Assembly (NCBI GenBank): GCA_965644495.1
Contig: CBFFSA010000088.1
Span: 1-14,579 of the forward strand
DNA from: Perkinsela sp. CCAP 1560/9
Lineage: Eukaryota; Protista; Euglenozoa: Kinetoplastea
Length of the DNA stretch: 14,579 bases
Direction of reading: 5' to 3'
The position numbers and the translations under genes are program-made. The notes under the pieces were generated by a model that saw only the letters and a program-made list of their open reading frames with translations, did not search any database and was not told the DNA's origin. Shown here in pieces: positions 10,210 through 14,579 of this stretch (position 1 is the stretch's first letter; every line of letters starts with the position of its first letter).

Positions 10210-11412
10210 TCTTTAAAGAGAATGCTCGTGTTCTGGCCCACAGGATAGGCTGTTGTCAACAAGGAAAAACAATTAGTTTGTGTTTCCTCCAAACAAATGG
10301 TCATCAGACTTTTCAGCTGAAAACAAGGAACAAAAAAAAACGCTCCTTCCTGATTTTTCCTCTTTCTTTCTTTCTCTTTTTCTCTTTGTTTTTATGAATG
10401 CACCCACCCACCAACCACATTCTCTGAATATATTCTTGACCTTTTTTCTCGAACTCTCTTCTCTTTCATTCTCTGAACGAACATTGTTTGACAACACTTT
10501 TTTGCAAAAAAAAAAAACAAACCAAACAATATCAGAGATCAACAACAGAAAACCATTTGCTGAAAGCAAAAATATACAAAAACACAAAACACAAAAAGAA
10601 AGAAAAAGAAACAAACACTACACAAGAACAAAAAAAAAAATAACAAAAGAAAGAAAAAAAAAAAAAACAAGCAAAAAACAGCCGTTTTCCTTCTTTATGA
10701 CGTCATCTATTTCTGTTTTAAAAATTGGGATTATTTAAAAAGACCCTATTGCGGAATGTTCCAAAAGCTGTTCTCTTTTGCGAGGTCTGTTGGCGAACAA
10801 CAACAAAAGGGACAAAGATGTGTGACCAAGCTACCACATAACTTTGTCAAAGATTTGAAATCTTTTTTTTTTGTGGAATTCCAAACATGTTTGGAATTTT
10901 TTTTCAAAAAAAAATTGGCCATCGATTGTTTTTACCTTTCCTGTGTCTTGTGTCCGGACAAACAAAAAATGTCTCAAAACTGAACAGTTTCATTCTCAAA
11001 ATAAAGTTTTCTCCTTTTTCAGAAAAACTTTTCAGAAAAGTAGTTTTTTTTCTGAAACAAAAAAAAAAAAGAGAAAAAAAAAAGAGTTGTTCCATGAAAA
11101 AAATATGAACGCGTTCATATTTTTCGGATTTTTCTGGATTTTAGCCATCCAGCCGATGCTAACCGAAAAACCCAGAAAAACAGAAAAAAAGACAAAAAAG
11201 CCAAAAACAGAAAGGAACTAAAAGGTTTGTCAAAAAAAAAACAGAGAAGACAGAGACGAGACCATCCCATACCCACGGTTCCGAAAACAACTTTACTTGG
11301 CACATTGAGATCGATTGTGGTTCACCTCTTCTCTTAAAGAAAGGGGTTGGTGTCCAGTTCTTTTTTTTATATTGAGAAAACGAGTTGGTGAGATATCCAT
11401 CTCTCGAAACCA
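10210..11412. promoter_or_regulatory. Divergent (putatively bidirectional) promoter region between the two ROCO genes
   Basis: ~1.2 kb AT-rich, apparently noncoding spacer between oppositely oriented ATGs at 10209(-) and 11413(+); contains poly(dA:dT) tracts and dyad elements. Confidence 0.7.
10877..10898. repeat. Perfect 22-bp palindrome AATTCCAAACATGTTTGGAATT
   Basis: The sequence equals its own reverse complement (checked base by base); flanked by T tracts. Confidence 0.95.
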
Positions 11413-14400
11413 ATGGAAACCGAACCGCTCGACGCGTTAACCTACATCCGAAAGGGTGGTAATCATCCAAAGACTCCTCCTGGAAGATTGGCTGAGCTTA
11501 CATCTCCTGATCGACAATTAAGGGCAATTGCAACTCGACCAAACAGACTTTCGAGAACAAGCGAGATTGAAAAACCTTTTTCGCCTGACTCAATCGCTGC
11601 CAAGATACCTGAGGAGATCGAGCGAAACCTTCACGAAACCTTCAGTAAGGGAGATAGGCCTCTTCGAGCACAGAGTGAAATGGCAACCGATGGCCCCCCA
11701 AAATCCTTGTCTTATGAACCCCTTCGACCCTCCAAAACAAAGATCCCAAAAAAGCATCCATCAGAAGGAAAAGAATTACACCAATTAAGCTCTCCTCTTC
11801 CAATAAGTGGTGAGATTGCAAATGCTCAAGCGATGCACCAGATCGAAGAGTTGAGTTATTTCTTGAGTGTTGAGCAAAAAAGATGCGCAAAGTTGATCCA
11901 GCTCTGCCAGGAAAATGGAGTTCAAATCCCCCCTTCATTGCTCGAACCACCAGTTCATCGAAAGGCGACTATTGTTGGGAAAGCGGAGCCAAGGTCAAAA
12001 AATGGAAAATTGGGAACAAAATCAAAGAGAGTAAAAACGCAAAAAACGAAAACTGCTGGAATTGAGATACACGATTCAGTTGGGGATTCCGGTGCAGAAC
12101 AAATGAAACCGCTTATCGAGGAAGTGAAAGAAAAAATCCAAGGAAGCGAGATTGCTGGCGCAATTTTGACGAAGAATTTGAAGAGGCTCGAAACTCTTTT
12201 GCAGCTTTCAAATCGTAAAATCAACGTGTATCTTAATATCACTGAGAGAGAAGGGGATGTAGAAGAGGAAGGGGGGATTGGAGAACAACAACAGGAGAAA
12301 GAAGGACAACAGGTGGAGAAGGGAATAACAGATCAAGAAGAAAATAATCCATTTTCAAGGGACAGAGGCTCATTGAAGCGTGCAATGGGAGCGGTGTCTT
12401 TATCACATCGAGACCGATCATCCACAGCGAAAGATCGCCGGAGTTTTGTGACTCCACTTTCTTTGGCTTGTAGTCTCCCTGATATGTATCCTTTTATTGA
12501 CCTTCTTCTTTCGCATGGCGCTTCAGTCAGTACACCTCACTCTCCTTTCTCTCCACTTCATGTCGCGACGTATTATGGAACGATGGAGGTTATTCAACTG
12601 TTGTTTAATCACGGCGCAGATTTACAAGAGCACACTCGATTCAACATTCCTTCGAACCCATCTCCTATTCAATTGTGCCGTGCTCGTCCAACGAAAGATA
12701 TCATTCAAAAACAAATACTCGGGTTTTTCAGAGCTGCTCTGACCATTTCTCATAACGAAGACAAAAAATCTTTGTCCCTATCGAAGATGGATCTCGCAAC
12801 TTTGCCACGTTCTGTTTTGAAATGCCGAGATTTAGATTCTCTTGACTTGTCAAAGAACAGGTTAATGACAATACCCCCATCTCTTTGTTCAATTCGGAGA
12901 CTCAAGAGCGTTGATTTAAAAGGAAATCCTCTTTCGCTTGTACCGCCGCTCGTTCGTGACCCCTCCAATGGGATGAAGATGATTCATTTTTTTCGTGATG
13001 CTGAATCTCATACTCCTTCTTATCATTGGCCTTACGCTCGTTGTTTCTTATTGGGGGGTCAAAAATCTGATCGAGTTACTATAACCAAAATTCTAAGTGC
13101 TGAATGTGCGCGATCGAATGAAATACCGCTTGTAAGTTCCTCAATTGATGTGACTGAGTTAGTTATCCCCATCTCTGAATCTCATGAAATTAATATGGCG
13201 ATATTTGATTTTGATTCGCGCTCTCTTGACCATCAAGCTTTTCGATTCTACTTTGGGGATGCAACTCTCTACTTGCTTGTTTACGATTTAAACTCTGCTG
13301 ACCCACTTCAAGAATTAGAAGGATGGCTATCACACTTGTCAGAATGTGTTACGAATCCTTGGGTTGTGCTTGTTGGTGTCTCGTTTGAAGAGTCGCAGTT
13401 CGGCCAATATACAGCGGCTTCGATTCAAGATGCGTATGACAAAGACCCCCGTATTAAGGGCCGTATTTTGATTCGTGGAAAATCGAAAGAATATATGCTA
13501 GAGTTATTAAAACAAATTCAGATGTATTGCGCGAAACAACCATCATTGAAAAAGGAAATTCCTCCCTCTTTTCTTCTGCTGTCTCATTACATTCGAAGTC
13601 TCCGATCAGGAGCGATGCTTGAGGCTGTGGCTCCGCAACTGTCACTTGAACCTCATCCCTCTGTATTGGAATGGGACGAGTACTTAAAATTAGCAGAAGC
13701 TGCGCATATCCACCCAAAACAATTAGCTGAAGTGACGAGGTTGCTCAATTTTAGTGGGATTATTTGTTCTCCAGAATTGGGTGAAGATGGCTCATTGCTG
13801 GTCGATTTGGATCTGGCTTTGGCATCTGTTGAAGGAGTGTCGGAGATGTCGGACACAATTCGGGGATTTGGTGGTGTAATTTCTGGAAAAGAATTGCTTG
13901 ATTATTTAAAAGATTTTGGTTGGCAAGCAAGGTTCTGTGTTTTACGGTTGATGGAAAAGTACGGTTTTTTGTATCGTTTGGGGTCGACAGGAATTTATTG
14001 TGAGTATCTACCCGAGCCAAGTCTTTATGATCTTGAAAGGAGTAGTTCACCAACAATTGAAATTGATGAACAACTTGAAGGAGAAAAAAAGGTTGGGAGT
14101 CCTCCAGATGATAGAAGAAGAGAAAGAGAAAAATCGATGGTTCGGCAGAAGAAACTCCAAGGCCTCGGACATTGCCCTCCAAAGCAGATTAGGTCACCTG
14201 AGAGAGTACCAGCTTCTCAACCGAATATCTCCCCTCCAACAGTTCGATCCTATTCTCCCCCGAACCCATGCGCAAAAAAAGACTCTCTTGCGAGTCGTCG
14301 AGAAAGTTCTTTTCGCTCTCCACAACTCATCAGGCAGAAGAAGGCCAATCCTATCTCGCAGATGAGGCGTTGCATAGCTGAACAAAAGGGGGTTGAGGAA

Positions 14401-14579
14401 GGGGGAGTTTTATCTTCCAAGATGGGGTCTCCTTCAAAAAGAAGGAAATATGAAAAGGTTTTGATCTTTTTGGAGGTTGAGAAAGCCAAATTCTCGATTC
14501 GTGTGGGGCTTCGTGTTTCCAAAAAAGCAACAATCAAAGAGTTATTGAAGTTGGCGGATGCGAAGAGGGGGATTTCGAT
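11413..14579 (+). CDS. Second ROCO-family protein: ankyrin repeats, LRR, degenerate ROC, COR-A, S/P-rich insertion, ubiquitin-like domain; C-terminus beyond window (>=1055 aa; called ROCO-2 here)
   Basis: Frame +1 has no stop from the in-frame TGA at 11389-11391 to the window end; first ATG at 11413 (ccaATGg; METEPLDALTYIRKGG...). Ankyrin: TPLSLACSLPDMYPFIDLLLSHGASVS, SPLHVATYYGTMEVIQLLFNHGADLQ. LRR: LSLSKMDLATLP, LDLSKNRLMTIP, VDLKGNPL. ROC-like: ARCFLLGGQKSDRVT, MAIFDF, LYLLVYDL, LEGWLSHL, VVLVG. COR-like: KEIPPSFLLL, LEWDEYLKLA, VTRLLNFSGII, LRLMEKYGFLY. Missing from the ORF track, presumably because it has no stop in the window. Confidence 0.92.
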   Translation, partial: METEPLDALTYIRKGGNHPKTPPGRLAELTSPDRQLRAIATRPNRLSRTSEIEKPFSPDSIAAKIPEEIERNLHETFSKGDRPLRAQSEMATDGPPKSLSYEPLRPSKTKIPKKHPSEGKELHQLSSPLPISGEIANAQAMHQIEELSYFLSVEQKRCAKLIQLCQENGVQIPPSLLEPPVHRKATIVGKAEPRSKNGKLGTKSKRVKTQKTKTAGIEIHDSVGDSGAEQMKPLIEEVKEKIQGSEIAGAILTKNLKRLETLLQLSNRKINVYLNITEREGDVEEEGGIGEQQQEKEGQQVEKGITDQEENNPFSRDRGSLKRAMGAVSLSHRDRSSTAKDRRSFVTPLSLACSLPDMYPFIDLLLSHGASVSTPHSPFSPLHVATYYGTMEVIQLLFNHGADLQEHTRFNIPSNPSPIQLCRARPTKDIIQKQILGFFRAALTISHNEDKKSLSLSKMDLATLPRSVLKCRDLDSLDLSKNRLMTIPPSLCSIRRLKSVDLKGNPLSLVPPLVRDPSNGMKMIHFFRDAESHTPSYHWPYARCFLLGGQKSDRVTITKILSAECARSNEIPLVSSSIDVTELVIPISESHEINMAIFDFDSRSLDHQAFRFYFGDATLYLLVYDLNSADPLQELEGWLSHLSECVTNPWVVLVGVSFEESQFGQYTAASIQDAYDKDPRIKGRILIRGKSKEYMLELLKQIQMYCAKQPSLKKEIPPSFLLLSHYIRSLRSGAMLEAVAPQLSLEPHPSVLEWDEYLKLAEAAHIHPKQLAEVTRLLNFSGIICSPELGEDGSLLVDLDLALASVEGVSEMSDTIRGFGGVISGKELLDYLKDFGWQARFCVLRLMEKYGFLYRLGSTGIYCEYLPEPSLYDLERSSSPTIEIDEQLEGEKKVGSPPDDRRREREKSMVRQKKLQGLGHCPPKQIRSPERVPASQPNISPPTVRSYSPPNPCAKKDSLASRRESSFRSPQLIRQKKANPISQMRRCIAEQKGVEEGGVLSSKMGSPSKRRKYEKVLIFLEVEKAKFSIRVGLRVSKKATIKELLKLADAKRGIS
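12451..12680 (+). other. Ankyrin repeats of ROCO-2 (2 clear plus degenerate copies)
   Basis: TPLxxA...LLLxHGA and SPLHxA...G...VIQLLFNHGAD consensus. Confidence 0.9.
13030..13535 (+). other. ROC domain of ROCO-2 (degenerate)
   Basis: Follows the LRR cap and precedes COR; strand pattern kept; G1 = GGQKSDRVT, G3 = DFDSR, G4 = GVSFEE. Confidence 0.8.

Noticed and set aside
10273-11470. Short ORFs in the divergent intergenic region
   Set aside because: Low-complexity K/F-rich translations of A/T tracts with no recognisable domains.
11528-14537. Many short ORFs listed on both strands over 11.5-14.5 kb
   Set aside because: Alternative-frame shadows of the long frame +1 ROCO-2 ORF.

Overview
AT-rich, intron-containing eukaryotic genomic DNA in the standard genetic code. 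The gene content and style fit an amoebozoan protist (inference). Three genes were reconstructed by hand. (1) Minus strand, 3519 to <1: an 8+ exon adaptor with a K/E-rich N-terminus, PH domain, Ras-association-like beta-grasp domain, Pro-rich linker, C2HC (UBZ4-spacing) zinc finger and a long E/R/K single alpha helix. It runs off the left edge. (2) Minus strand, 10209 to 4034: a complete 6-exon, ~1794-aa ROCO kinase (RI-type LRR, LRR, ROC, COR, TKL kinase). Its kinase motifs are intact but its ROC P-loop and G3 motifs are lost. (3) Plus strand, 11413 to >14579: an uninterrupted ORF of at least 1055 codons, absent from the supplied ORF track. It encodes a second ROCO protein (ankyrin, LRR, ROC, COR-A, insertion, ubiquitin-like domain) whose ROC has lost all G-motifs. 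The two pseudo-GTPase ROCO genes sit head-to-head across ~1.2 kb, with a perfect 22-bp palindrome near the middle. This pair is the most interesting candidate system. Eleven of 12 inferred splice donors begin GTT rather than GTR. All calls come from manual translation and motif recognition; no searches were run.
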